Positions 37,677 to 46,725 of a stretch of 64,000 nucleotides of DNA are shown piece after piece. The DNA lies in NCBI GenBank assembly GCA_019424865.1, contig JAHYYS010000001.1, forward strand, positions 7,422-71,421, in the 5' to 3' direction. Both the position numbers and the translations under genes were made by a program. The stretch's first letter is position 1; each line of letters starts with the position of its first letter. A model generated the notes under the pieces. It searched no databases. It worked only from the letters and a program-made list of their open reading frames with translations, and was not told where the DNA came from. This DNA is from a bacterium (GTDB lineage: Bacteria > Bacillota > Clostridia > Oscillospirales > Oscillospiraceae).

Positions 37677-38879
37677 TTATCCGTCGGATTTCCCTTCCTG
37701 GTGCTCCTGAAGCCACTGGATCGCACAGCCCGCCAATGCGGCGGAGCCCCGCCACAAAACCGCCTCGTTGAGGCAAAACCGTGGACTGTGGAGCGGGACA
37801 CTCTCTGTTTCTCCGCCAAAGCCGCAGCCCAGATGGAGGTAAGAGCCGGGACAGAAGGAGAAAAATTCAGAAATGTCGTCGCTGGCCATCAGGTTGGAGG
37901 TAATCTCGGTACAGCCCTCCTCCGAAAACAGCCCGAGAAGCGCCCGCACGGCACACTCGGTGACCTGGGTGTCGTTGTCCACAATCTGATTGGATTCCAA
38001 AATCTCCAGCTCCCACCGGCATCCGCTCTCTGCTGCAGCCTGACAGGCTGCCTGCCTGAGCTCGTCCAGAATTTTCTGGCGGGCCTGGGCATTTTTTGTG
38101 CGCACCGACCCCAGAAGCCTGGCACGCTCCGGGACAACATTGCTTTTTTCGCCCGCGGAGATCGCCCCGACTGCCACCACGGAGGGAACCGGCTGCGCCT
38201 GCCAGAATTTCGACAGCTGTTCAACACGGAGGACAGCTCTGGCCGCCGCGTAGAGGGGGTTGTGCACATGCTCCGGCTCTGAGATATGGCCGCCCCGGCC
38301 GAAGAAGGTAATGGAGAAGGAGTCGCTCCCCGCCATAAGCGGTCCCTTCTTAAAGCCAATCACACCGGGCCCCAGCTCCGGCACAGATCCGGTCACATGC
38401 AGGCCGAACATGGCCTGTACAGGAGGATGTTCCAGCACGCCCTCCTGTATCATGGCGTGTGCTCCGCCGCAGCCCTCCTCGCCCGGCTGGAAAATACACT
38501 TGACGGTTCCCGGCAGCGCCTGGCGGCGGGCTTGAAGCAGTGCCACCGCACCCAGCAGCATCGCCATGTGGCCGTCATGTCCGCACGCATGCATGCAGCC
38601 GTTTTGGGAGGCGAAGGGGAGACCGGTCTCTTCCTTCAGCGGGAGGGCGTCCATATCGGCGCGCAGGGCCACGACGCCGCCCGGACCGCCCTGAATCAGA
38701 ACCTCGATCCCGGAAGTTCCCCGGTGAAGCCGGTACGAGGCCCCCATGCTGTCCAAAATGCTGCAAAGCGCCTCCCGGGTTTTGGGCAGATGGATGCCAA
38801 CCTCCGGAATTTGATGCAATTGCCGCCGCCATGTGACAATTTGGTCTTCAAGCGCTTTTGCATCCAGCAGAAGCATCAT
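37677..38879 (-). CDS. M20D family amidohydrolase
   Basis: RRQLHQIPE, LRADMDALP, MHACGHDGH, FQPGEEG, LHSPRF; start overlaps the lyase stop. Confidence 0.92.
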   Translation of the reverse strand: MMLLLDAKALEDQIVTWRRQLHQIPEVGIHLPKTREALCSILDSMGASYRLHRGTSGIEVLIQGGPGGVVALRADMDALPLKEETGLPFASQNGCMHACGHDGHMAMLLGAVALLQARRQALPGTVKCIFQPGEEGCGGAHAMIQEGVLEHPPVQAMFGLHVTGSVPELGPGVIGFKKGPLMAGSDSFSITFFGRGGHISEPEHVHNPLYAAARAVLRVEQLSKFWQAQPVPSVVAVGAISAGEKSNVVPERARLLGSVRTKNAQARQKILDELRQAACQAAAESGCRWELEILESNQIVDNDTQVTECAVRALLGLFSEEGCTEITSNLMASDDISEFFSFCPGSYLHLGCGFGGETESVPLHSPRFCLNEAVLWRGSAALAGCAIQWLQEHQEGKSDG

Positions 38880-40393
38880 ACCAGCTTCCTTTCCCATAGA
38901 ATTCCTGTCGACCGCAGCAGGTCGTGGACACGCTCCATATCCGCCCCCAGATCCCGGTTGTCCTCCTGCAGGAAGGGGATCTCCTTCCGAAGCGCGTCGT
39001 AGGCAAATTTGGTGCCGGCGCCCGTGAAGGGGCGGCCGCTGACATCCGCGGCCTGGGCCGCGTACATCCCTTCAATTCCCAGCAGATACCACAGCAGGTT
39101 CAAAATTTCTTTTGTCTTCCGCATTACCTGGGGCGTGTTGCAGCCGTGGTCCTCTGTGTCATTTCCTGTGGGCATATAGTCCAGAGAGGTGGGATTTGCC
39201 AGATGGCGGATCTCCCCGTCCAGGGCGCTGACAGTTTTTTCCACGGTTGCGTATCCAATAACCTGGGTTTCGGGCCGCAGGAAACGGGACAGGCCGGAAA
39301 ACCGTTCGTCCCCCATCCGCATAATGCGGTGGGCGCTCAGACGGGCCACGTGTGCAAGGGCCAGATCCAGCATCTCGAAGGCCAGCGCAAGACTGGTGAT
39401 GATGAAGTGGGAGGTGGAGATAATTTCGCGCTCCTCTGTCAGCACCATCGGGCAGTCGTCTGTCGCGTTGAGGTATTGGGGCAGCAGCTTTTGCACATAG
39501 GCCAGGGCCTCTCGGGCCGCCCCGTGGATGGCGCAGCTGCTCTTGTAGCTCAGGGCGCCCGCCAGGGACTCGCTCCCCTGCTGCCACAGGTCGCTTCCCG
39601 TCAGACAGCTGCGCACATAGCTCAGGCTGCTGTGCTGTCCCTCCAGCTTCCTGCCGCGTTCAGCGCGCATGTCCAAAAACATGGGGTTATACCGCTGGGC
39701 CTCAAACCCCATGGCGTACACCACATCGGCGGTTTCCAGAATGCGCGCGCTCTCCTCCCACAGCAAAACCGCCTGGGCGACGGAAAAGGCGTTGCTGCTC
39801 ACCAGGGGGAGTCCGTCCTTCGGCCCCAGGACCAGCGGGGAAAGGCCGCACTGGGCCAATGCCTCCCGCGCCGGACAGGCCTGACCCTTGTACTCCACCG
39901 TCCCCTCCCCGATCATGGCCAGTCCGACATAGGCCATGTTGCCCAGGTCGGACATGCCGACGGAGCCGCGCTGGGGGATTCGGGGATGAATCCCGTGGTT
40001 CAGCATGTCACACAGCAGCTGAAGGATCTCCACCTGCACCCCGGCTACGCTGCATAAAAAGCCGTTGAGCCGGCACAGCATCGTGGCCCGCACTACCTCC
40101 CGGTCGGCAAAGGGGGGCAGGGCGATGCTGTGGGAATAGAGGATTCGCCGGTTGAACGCCTGATATGCCTCGGGGGTGATGTGGTTGTCCTTGTTTGCCC
40201 CGACGCCTGTGTTCAGCCCGTATATCTGTTTGGTGGACTTGGTCAGCTCCCAGACCACAGCCCGCGAAGCCCGGCAGCGCTCCAGCGCCTCCTCAGAAAG
40301 AGCGATCCGTTTTCCCTCCCGTGATACCTGGACCACATCCTGAAACGTCAGGCTCCGTCCGTCCAATACCAAACTTTCTCCCAAGGAAAACAC
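38876..40393 (-). CDS. Aromatic amino acid lyase superfamily protein, MIO-less (ergothionase-like)
   Basis: YGLNTGVGANKD, RGSVGMSDL in place of GSVGASGDL, GPKDGLPLVSSN, TEDH. Confidence 0.8.
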   Translation of the reverse strand: MFSLGESLVLDGRSLTFQDVVQVSREGKRIALSEEALERCRASRAVVWELTKSTKQIYGLNTGVGANKDNHITPEAYQAFNRRILYSHSIALPPFADREVVRATMLCRLNGFLCSVAGVQVEILQLLCDMLNHGIHPRIPQRGSVGMSDLGNMAYVGLAMIGEGTVEYKGQACPAREALAQCGLSPLVLGPKDGLPLVSSNAFSVAQAVLLWEESARILETADVVYAMGFEAQRYNPMFLDMRAERGRKLEGQHSSLSYVRSCLTGSDLWQQGSESLAGALSYKSSCAIHGAAREALAYVQKLLPQYLNATDDCPMVLTEEREIISTSHFIITSLALAFEMLDLALAHVARLSAHRIMRMGDERFSGLSRFLRPETQVIGYATVEKTVSALDGEIRHLANPTSLDYMPTGNDTEDHGCNTPQVMRKTKEILNLLWYLLGIEGMYAAQAADVSGRPFTGAGTKFAYDALRKEIPFLQEDNRDLGADMERVHDLLRSTGILWERKLV

Positions 40394-40772
40394 CTCCCTT
40401 TTTTGATATATTCATTGTAATAGAAATCGTTCTGCGGCGGAAATCCCAACTTTTTGTATCCCTATTGATATTTTTTATTACTTTAATGAAATGTCGTGAA
40501 AGAGCTTCTTGCTTTTTGAAGGGAAGTAATTTAGTATTATCATACAGCTTGTCAAAAAAGCCCTCCTGCAAGGAGTTCCGCCGTCCGCAGACGGCGGAAT
40601 AAAATAAAATCCAGTCATTTCCAAGGACATGCGCCTGGGAAATGACACCTCTCACGAAATTTTGGGCGACAATTTCGCAAGAAATCGAGCCTGAAATTTC
40701 GTGCGGCCTACTCGAAAAAGTGGCATTCGCCACTTTTTCGACAGTCTCATCATAATGGGGGGAGATCTGCGC

Positions 40773-41669
40773 ATGAAAATCCAGTATCTGCAATATGCCC
40801 TGACGGTAGCGGAGACAAAATCCATCAGCAAGGCGGCGGAAAAGCTGCTGCTTTCCCAGCCGAATGTGAGCAGCGCCCTGAAGAATATGGAGGAGGAGCT
40901 GGGCTTTGCCATCTTCTACCGGACCAACAAGGGCGTGGTCCCAACGGCAAAGGGCCGCGAGTTTCTTCAGAGCGCCCGAAAAATTTTAACAGAGTACGAT
41001 CATATGACCGCGCTGGGGACGCGGGATGTTCAGCATCAATTTCACCTGTCGGCCGGATATCACTCTGTCGTTGACGAGGCATTTGCGCGTCTGTGCGCCA
41101 AATATCAGAGCAGCGATCGGCTTAACTTTTCCATCGTCAACACGGATCCGGAGCAGATTATTGAAAACGTCTACGATAACGCCAGCGATCTGGGGGTCCT
41201 GCTTCTGCCGGACAGTGCGCCGGAGAAGCTGCAAAGCCTCTGCGAGAAAAAGGATTTGCAGATTATCCCGGTGCGCCGGCTGTGTTTTCATGTCAATCTG
41301 CGCAGCGGGCACCCCCTTTTGGAGGAGGAGCCCTTCGATTTTCAAAAGCTGCGGGACTATCCCTTCGTGGACTACGCGCAGAAAATTCTCTCCTCAAGCT
41401 CCGATTTGATTCAGGCGGGCATCGTGGACCCGGACAAGCGCATCCTGGTGGACAACCTGGATACCCGGTGTCATATCGTCCTGGTGTCCGATGCCTTCAG
41501 TGTGGGCTGTGACCTGCCGCTTCGCATCCGGGACCGGTACCAGCGGGTCTGCATCCCCATTCCCAGCATGACCTATCAGATGGTTGCCGTCCACCGGCGG
41601 GACCAGCCCCTGAGCGAGGAGGCCCGGTGCTATCTGGAATTTCTGTTCAGCGAAATTGCGGAGATGTGA
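40773..41669 (+). CDS. LysR family transcriptional regulator
   Basis: SISKAAEKLLLSQPNVSSALKNMEEELGFAIFYRTNKGV; divergent from the lyase operon. Confidence 0.93.
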   Translation: MKIQYLQYALTVAETKSISKAAEKLLLSQPNVSSALKNMEEELGFAIFYRTNKGVVPTAKGREFLQSARKILTEYDHMTALGTRDVQHQFHLSAGYHSVVDEAFARLCAKYQSSDRLNFSIVNTDPEQIIENVYDNASDLGVLLLPDSAPEKLQSLCEKKDLQIIPVRRLCFHVNLRSGHPLLEEEPFDFQKLRDYPFVDYAQKILSSSSDLIQAGIVDPDKRILVDNLDTRCHIVLVSDAFSVGCDLPLRIRDRYQRVCIPIPSMTYQMVAVHRRDQPLSEEARCYLEFLFSEIAEM

Positions 41670-41700
41670 TTCCCGCTGCGCCCGGCGGCAGACCGGCAGG

Positions 41701-41754
41701 CGGGTATCAAAGGCGCTGTGTCTTCCGACCAGGACTGTATGGAGGATCTGCGGG
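41701..41754. other. attR
   Basis: cgggtatcaaaggcgctgtgtcttcc-GA-ccaggactgtatggaggatctg. Confidence 0.75.
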
Positions 41755-42473
41755 TCTATCCCACCCGCTGCTCCCAGGAAGTGATTGACCGGGCCGTGTC
41801 GGTCAAGGCCGGAACCGCTGAGCTGCTGTGCGCGTACATCGACGTGGAGCCGGTGGGATATAACCGGGGCTTTTACACCGTGGACGTGCGCTACTTCTAT
41901 CGCATCACGGCGGATGCCTTTGTGGGCGCCGCCCGTCCGGTTGAGATTACCGGGCTGGTGGTGTTTGACAAGCGGGTCATCCTCTTCGGCAGCGAGGGCG
42001 GCGCGAAAGTGTTCAGCTCCGCCGACCATGGGGACTGCGACGCCCATGGCCTGTCTAAGGTGGGCGCCCCCACCGCCGTGGTGGAGGCGGTTGACCCGCT
42101 GATTCTGGGCATGAAGCTGGTGGACGTGTGCCAGTGCCAGCCCTGCGACTGCGGCTGCAGCGAAATTCCGGGGCCGGTGGCCGCCTGTTTCCAGGAGGAC
42201 CTGATTACCGGCGGCGATGTTCACCGCCTGTATGTTACCCTGGGCCAGTTCTCCATCATCCGGCTGGAGCGGGACACCCAGTTGCTGATCCCTGCCTATG
42301 ATTACTGCATGCCCGACAAGGAGTGCACCTGCGGCGGCGACTGCCAGGAGGATCCCTGCGAGCTGTTCCGCCGGGTGCAGTTCCCTGTGGGCGAGTTCTT
42401 CCCGCCCAACGCCCTGAGCCCCAGGGGCGAGAGCTATCAGGAGATGCGCTCCACCGGCTGCTGCTGCAGCTGA
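41727..42473 (+). CDS. 3' part of the split Cys-rich gene (restored protein 280 aa, ends GCCCS)
   Basis: No RBS before the GTG at 41718; DQDCMEDLRVYPT continues DSCK in frame; Cys-rich. Confidence 0.8.
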   Translation, partial: DQDCMEDLRVYPTRCSQEVIDRAVSVKAGTAELLCAYIDVEPVGYNRGFYTVDVRYFYRITADAFVGAARPVEITGLVVFDKRVILFGSEGGAKVFSSADHGDCDAHGLSKVGAPTAVVEAVDPLILGMKLVDVCQCQPCDCGCSEIPGPVAACFQEDLITGGDVHRLYVTLGQFSIIRLERDTQLLIPAYDYCMPDKECTCGGDCQEDPCELFRRVQFPVGEFFPPNALSPRGESYQEMRSTGCCCS

Positions 42474-42521
42474 GCGCAGAGCTGCGGCCGGGCAGACCGG
42501 CAGCATTTCACAAAAAGCACA

Positions 42522-42651
42522 AGGCAGGCGGGCCGCTTCCATCAGAAGCGGCCCGCCTGCCTGTGGGCAAAACGGAGGCCCGTCGAAATGGCGGGGTGGG
42601 AAGAGCGGCAGAGCGCGGCCCCTCAGCTGAAAGCTGAGGGGCCGCGCTCTG
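42522..42651. terminator. Two back-to-back terminator hairpins
   Basis: aggcaggcgggccgcttc/gaagcggcccgcctgcct and cagagcgcggcccctcagct/agctgaggggccgcgctctg. Confidence 0.7.
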
Positions 42652-42739
42652 TTCAGAATGGAAGGAGGGATTGTGAAAGAAAGAAGCTTTTTGGTCGGGT
42701 GAGCGCTGCGGCGGTCCGCAAACGGGCCGGAGAGCGGGC

Positions 42740-43897
42740 TCAGATTCCCTCGTAGGCCTGGGAAAAGACCTCGATGATCTGTTCCTTGGTGGCGGTCCGG
42801 GGATTGGTAAGGCTGCACACGTCCTTCTGGGCGTTTTCCGCCATGGTGGCGAAGTCCGCGGGGTTGACGCCCAAGTCCTTCAGGCTGTGGGGAATGCCCA
42901 GCTGCCGGCCCATGGTCTGGACGGCTGCGATGCCGCGCTCGGCGGCCTCGCACACGGACAGACCCTCGTCCCGCACACCGACAGCCACGGCGATCTTCTG
43001 GAAGCGGGCCATGTTGCCGATGAGGTTAAACCGCATCACATAGGGGAGGAGGACCGCGTTGCACACGCCGTGGGGCAGGTTATAAAAGCCGCCCAGCTGG
43101 TGCGCCATGGCGTGGACATAGCCCAGCGAGGCGTTGTTGAAGGCGATGCCGGCCAGATACTGGGCATAGGCCATCTTGTCCCGGGCCTTCATGTAATTGC
43201 CGTTGGCCACCGCCTTGGGCAGATAGTGGGTGATCATCTGAATCGCCATAATGGCCGCCGCATCGGTCAGCGGATTGGAGTCGGTGGAGACATAGGCCTC
43301 GATGGCGTGGGTCAGGGCGTCCATGCCGGTGGCGGCGGTGAGGGAGGGCGGCATGCCCTTCATCAGCTCGGGATCGTTGATGGCGATCTGGGGGGTGACG
43401 CGCCAGTCCACAATGGACATCTTGACCTTTCGGGCCGTGTCGGTGATGATGCAGAACCGGGTAATCTCAGAGGCGGTTCCGGCGGTGGTGTTCACTGCCA
43501 TCAGGGGCATCAGGGGGCGGTTGGAGCGGTCGATGCCCTCATAGTCGTGGATGCGTCCGCCGTTGGCGGCCACCATGCCGATGCCTTTGGCACAGTCGTG
43601 GGAGGAGCCGCCGCCCAGAGAGAGGATGGAGTCGCAGCCGTTTTCCTGAAAAGCGGCCACGCCGGCCTCCACGTTCTTGTCGGTGGGGTTGGGCTCGGCG
43701 CCGTCGAAGATGGCGCTGTCCACGCCGGACTGGCTCAAAATGGACTGGATCTGAGCGGCCATTCCGCTCTGGGCCAAAAACTTGTCCGTGACGATCATGG
43801 TTTTGTGTCCGCCCAGACTTTTCATCAGCTCGCCGGCCTCCTTGGAGGCCCCCATTCCAAAGACGTTTCGGGTGGGCAGGAAGTAATACGTTGACAT
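42740..43897 (-). CDS. Iron-containing alcohol dehydrogenase
   Basis: AEPNPT, LGGGSSHDCAK, NTTAGTASE, GMDALTHAIEA, HAMAHQLGG..LPHG. Confidence 0.93.
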   Translation of the reverse strand: MSTYYFLPTRNVFGMGASKEAGELMKSLGGHKTMIVTDKFLAQSGMAAQIQSILSQSGVDSAIFDGAEPNPTDKNVEAGVAAFQENGCDSILSLGGGSSHDCAKGIGMVAANGGRIHDYEGIDRSNRPLMPLMAVNTTAGTASEITRFCIITDTARKVKMSIVDWRVTPQIAINDPELMKGMPPSLTAATGMDALTHAIEAYVSTDSNPLTDAAAIMAIQMITHYLPKAVANGNYMKARDKMAYAQYLAGIAFNNASLGYVHAMAHQLGGFYNLPHGVCNAVLLPYVMRFNLIGNMARFQKIAVAVGVRDEGLSVCEAAERGIAAVQTMGRQLGIPHSLKDLGVNPADFATMAENAQKDVCSLTNPRTATKEQIIEVFSQAYEGI

Positions 43898-43981
43898 GAT
43901 AATGACCCCCTTATTCATAAACACGCATGCTCAAAAATGAAAGATTTATTTTTTAAAATTTCAAAAATTGAGGTTGGCGTT

Positions 43982-44010
43982 ATTATAGAAATAAAAGACG
44001 CGTTTGTCAA
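43982..44010 (-). promoter_or_regulatory. Consensus sigma-A promoter for the ADH gene
   Basis: TTGACA-17 bp-TATAAT with AT-rich upstream region. Confidence 0.8.
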
Positions 44011-44259
44011 GACGAAAAAACAACTCTTTTCAGAAAAAAATTTATTAGCCTGAAGGGATAGAAGGAAAAAGAAAATGAATGATATTACTTTAAAAAATTC
44101 AAAACGAGGTGTGAGGCGTGCCGGGCTGAAACACGGAGCGGGCGGGGGCGGCACGGGGCCGGACATGAAAAACCGCCCCCGGACAGGCGGCAGGGCCGGT
44201 CCGAAGGCGGTCTCTTTGATGCGGGAATAAACACGCAGGCGGGGCGCAGGAATTTTTCG

Positions 44260-44913
44260 TTAAGAAGCGCTCCCGTTTTTGGAGAAATAGTCGCACCAGG
44301 GGCGCAGGGTGCAGCTCTGGCACTGGGGCCGGCGGGCGATGCACACGGCCCGGCCGTGGAGAACCATCCGGTGACAAAAGTCGTTGGATTCCTCCGGCGG
44401 CAGGACGGCGCGCAGCTGCTGCTCCACCTTGGCCGGGTCCTTGGAACCGTCGGTGAGGCCCAGCAGCCCGGTGATGCGGATGCAGTGGGTATCGGCCACC
44501 ACTACCCCGGGCACGTGGTACACATCGCCCAAAATCAGGTTGGCGGTCTTGCGCCCCACCCCGGGCAGCTTCAGCAGATCCTCCATGGTGTTGGGGACCT
44601 TGCCGCCGTAGTCCCGCAGCAGCATCTGGGAGGCCAGGACGATGTCCCGGGCCTTGGCCCGGAAAAAGCCGGTGGAGTGGATGTACTGCTCCACCTCGCT
44701 GATGTCGGCCTGGGCCAGGGCCTCCAGCGTGGGATACCGGGCGAAGAGGGCCGGGGTCACCTGGTTGACCCGCTCGTCGGTGCACTGGGCGGCCAGCCGG
44801 ACGGAGAAGAGAAGCTCATAGTCCTTCTGATATTCCAGCGAGCAGATGCCGTCCGGATACAGGGCCTTCAGCTCCTGAATAATGGCCAGCACGGCCTGTC
44901 TGTCCTTGCTCAT
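44260..44913 (-). CDS. nth: Endonuclease III
   Basis: LAAQCTDERVN, LPGVGRKTAN HhH, DTH, CIARRPQCQSCTLRPWC 4Fe-4S. Confidence 0.93.
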   Translation of the reverse strand: MSKDRQAVLAIIQELKALYPDGICSLEYQKDYELLFSVRLAAQCTDERVNQVTPALFARYPTLEALAQADISEVEQYIHSTGFFRAKARDIVLASQMLLRDYGGKVPNTMEDLLKLPGVGRKTANLILGDVYHVPGVVVADTHCIRITGLLGLTDGSKDPAKVEQQLRAVLPPEESNDFCHRMVLHGRAVCIARRPQCQSCTLRPWCDYFSKNGSAS

Positions 44914-45101
44914 GTCGATCAAACCTCCCGGGGCTCCGGCTCTGTGTCCGGCGGCCCGCGCTATTTCTGTCTATCATATCATATTTTTCGGGAAAAAACG
45001 ATGAAATTTTTAGGCCGGGGCGGATTGTGTTTTTTGGAAGCTATGCTATAATGTAAAACTATACCGGATTAAAGTAAAAAAGCGGAAAGGAGCCGATTCC
45101 C

Positions 45102-46352
45102 ATGATTCTGGAAGCCATGGAGTATCTCACTGCTCAGGACCCGGAGGTGGGCCGGGCGGTCCGCGCAGAGTATGACCGCCAGCAGCAGAATATTGAGCTG
45201 ATCGCCTCGGAAAACATTGTCAGCCCCGCAGTTCTGGCGGCGGCCGGCACCGTGCTGACCAACAAATATGCGGAGGGGTATCCCCACAAGCGCTATTACG
45301 GCGGCTGCCAGTGTGTGGACGTGGTGGAGGAGATCGCCATCCGCCGGGCCAAGGAGCTGTTCGGCGCCCAGTATGCCAATGTGCAGCCCCACTCCGGGGC
45401 CCAGGCCAACTATGCGGTGTATCAGGCCCTGTGCCAGCTGGGGGATACGGTGATGGGCATGAGCCTGGACAACGGCGGGCATCTGACCCACGGATCCCCG
45501 GTGAATTTTTCCGGACGGAACTACAAGATGGTGGCCTACGGCGTGGATCAGAGGGGCTATATCGACTATGATCAGGTGCGGGATCTGGCCAAAAAGCACC
45601 GCCCCCGGATGATCCTGGCTGGCGCCTCCGCCTATCCCCGGATCATCGACTTCAAGGCCTTTGCCGACATTGCCCACGAGGTGGGGGCCTACCTGTTTGT
45701 GGACATGGCCCACATCGCCGGCCTTGTGGCCGCAGGGGAGCACCCCTCCCCCATCCCCTATGCCGACGTGGTGTCCACCACCACCCACAAGACCCTGCGG
45801 GGGCCCCGGGGCGGCATGCTGCTGTGCAGCGACCCGGAGATCGCCAAAAAGCTCAACTCCGCCATTTTCCCCGGCTCCCAGGGCGGCCCGCTGGAGCACA
45901 TCATCGCCGCCAAGGCGGTGGCCCTGGGCGAGGCGCTCAAGCCGGAGTTCAAAACCTATCAGCACCAGATTGTGGTCAATGCCAGGGTACTGGCCCGGGC
46001 CATTCTGGACGGCGGGCTGAATCTGGTGTCCGGCGGCACGGACAACCATCTGATGCTGGTGGATCTGCGCCCGGCCCACCTCACCGGCAAGGAGATGGAG
46101 CGCCGGCTGGATGCGGTCTATATCACCGCCAATAAAAACGCCATTCCCAACGACCCGGAGAAGCCCTTTGTCACCTCGGGCATCCGGGTGGGCACCCCGG
46201 CCGTCACCGCCCGTGGCTTCCGGGAGGCGGAGATGAAAACGGTGGGCGAGCTGATCTGCGCCGCCGCCCGGGACGACTTTGAAGAGAAAGCGGAGGAGCT
46301 GCGCGCCCGGGTGAAGGCACTGACGGGCCGCTTCCCCCTGTATGAGGGATAA
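45102..46352 (+). CDS. glyA: Serine hydroxymethyltransferase
   Basis: [35 protein letters not shown]. Confidence 0.97.
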   Translation: MILEAMEYLTAQDPEVGRAVRAEYDRQQQNIELIASENIVSPAVLAAAGTVLTNKYAEGYPHKRYYGGCQCVDVVEEIAIRRAKELFGAQYANVQPHSGAQANYAVYQALCQLGDTVMGMSLDNGGHLTHGSPVNFSGRNYKMVAYGVDQRGYIDYDQVRDLAKKHRPRMILAGASAYPRIIDFKAFADIAHEVGAYLFVDMAHIAGLVAAGEHPSPIPYADVVSTTTHKTLRGPRGGMLLCSDPEIAKKLNSAIFPGSQGGPLEHIIAAKAVALGEALKPEFKTYQHQIVVNARVLARAILDGGLNLVSGGTDNHLMLVDLRPAHLTGKEMERRLDAVYITANKNAIPNDPEKPFVTSGIRVGTPAVTARGFREAEMKTVGELICAAARDDFEEKAEELRARVKALTGRFPLYEG

Positions 46353-46354
46353 GT

Positions 46355-46612
46355 ATGGAGCGCTATACCAGAAGAGAGGGGGACCGGATTGCGGTGCCCC
46401 AGGAGCGGCTGGAGGAGGCCCTGGCCCGGCTGGCCCAATTGGAGGATATGATGCAGGACCTGGCGGCGCAGCAGGAGGAGATTCCCCGCCGCCTGCAGGA
46501 GCTGCGAAGCCAGGGCAGGGAGAAAACGGTGCAGTTCCGGGAGCTGCTGGCCCAAAAGCTGGTCAACCAGAATCTGTGCCTGCTGATGGAGCGGTATGGC
46601 CTGCGCCCCTGA
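46355..46612 (+). CDS. Small coiled-coil hypothetical protein
   Basis: Starts 2 nt after the glyA stop; followed by a terminator. Confidence 0.7.
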   Translation: MERYTRREGDRIAVPQERLEEALARLAQLEDMMQDLAAQQEEIPRRLQELRSQGREKTVQFRELLAQKLVNQNLCLLMERYGLRP

Positions 46613-46629
46613 AGGGGCCGGGGCCGTCG

Positions 46630-46674
46630 AAAAAGGGGCGTGCCACTTTCACAAAGCGGCACGCCCCTTTTTTT
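46630..46674 (+). terminator. Intrinsic terminator
   Basis: aaaaaggggcgtgcc...ggcacgcccctttttt. Confidence 0.8.
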
Positions 46675-46725
46675 GCGCCGGAAAATGTGTTAGAATAACT
46701 CCAATCGTGAAAGGAGGGGAGCACC

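Larger units (their letters stand above)
32658..41728. mobile_element. 9069-bp gene-interrupting element with a large serine recombinase (skin-like)
   Basis: Bounded by shared GA cores (32658-59, 41727-28) and inverted arms ctttgatacccg (32674-85) / cgggtatcaaag (41701-12); excision restores the flanking ORF. Confidence 0.85.

Noticed and set aside
32658..41728. Prophage or conjugative element
   Set aside because: No structural, replication, relaxase or T4SS genes are visible inside the element.
32662..41735. AGGAC direct repeat (32662-66 and 41731-35) as the recombination core
   Set aside because: It also restores the frame, but it is off-centre relative to the attP inverted repeat. The GA just upstream is exactly central.
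44925..45101. ZTP (pfl) riboswitch before glyA
   Set aside because: The extended -10 TATAAT is only about 50 nt from the start codon and no motif is visible.
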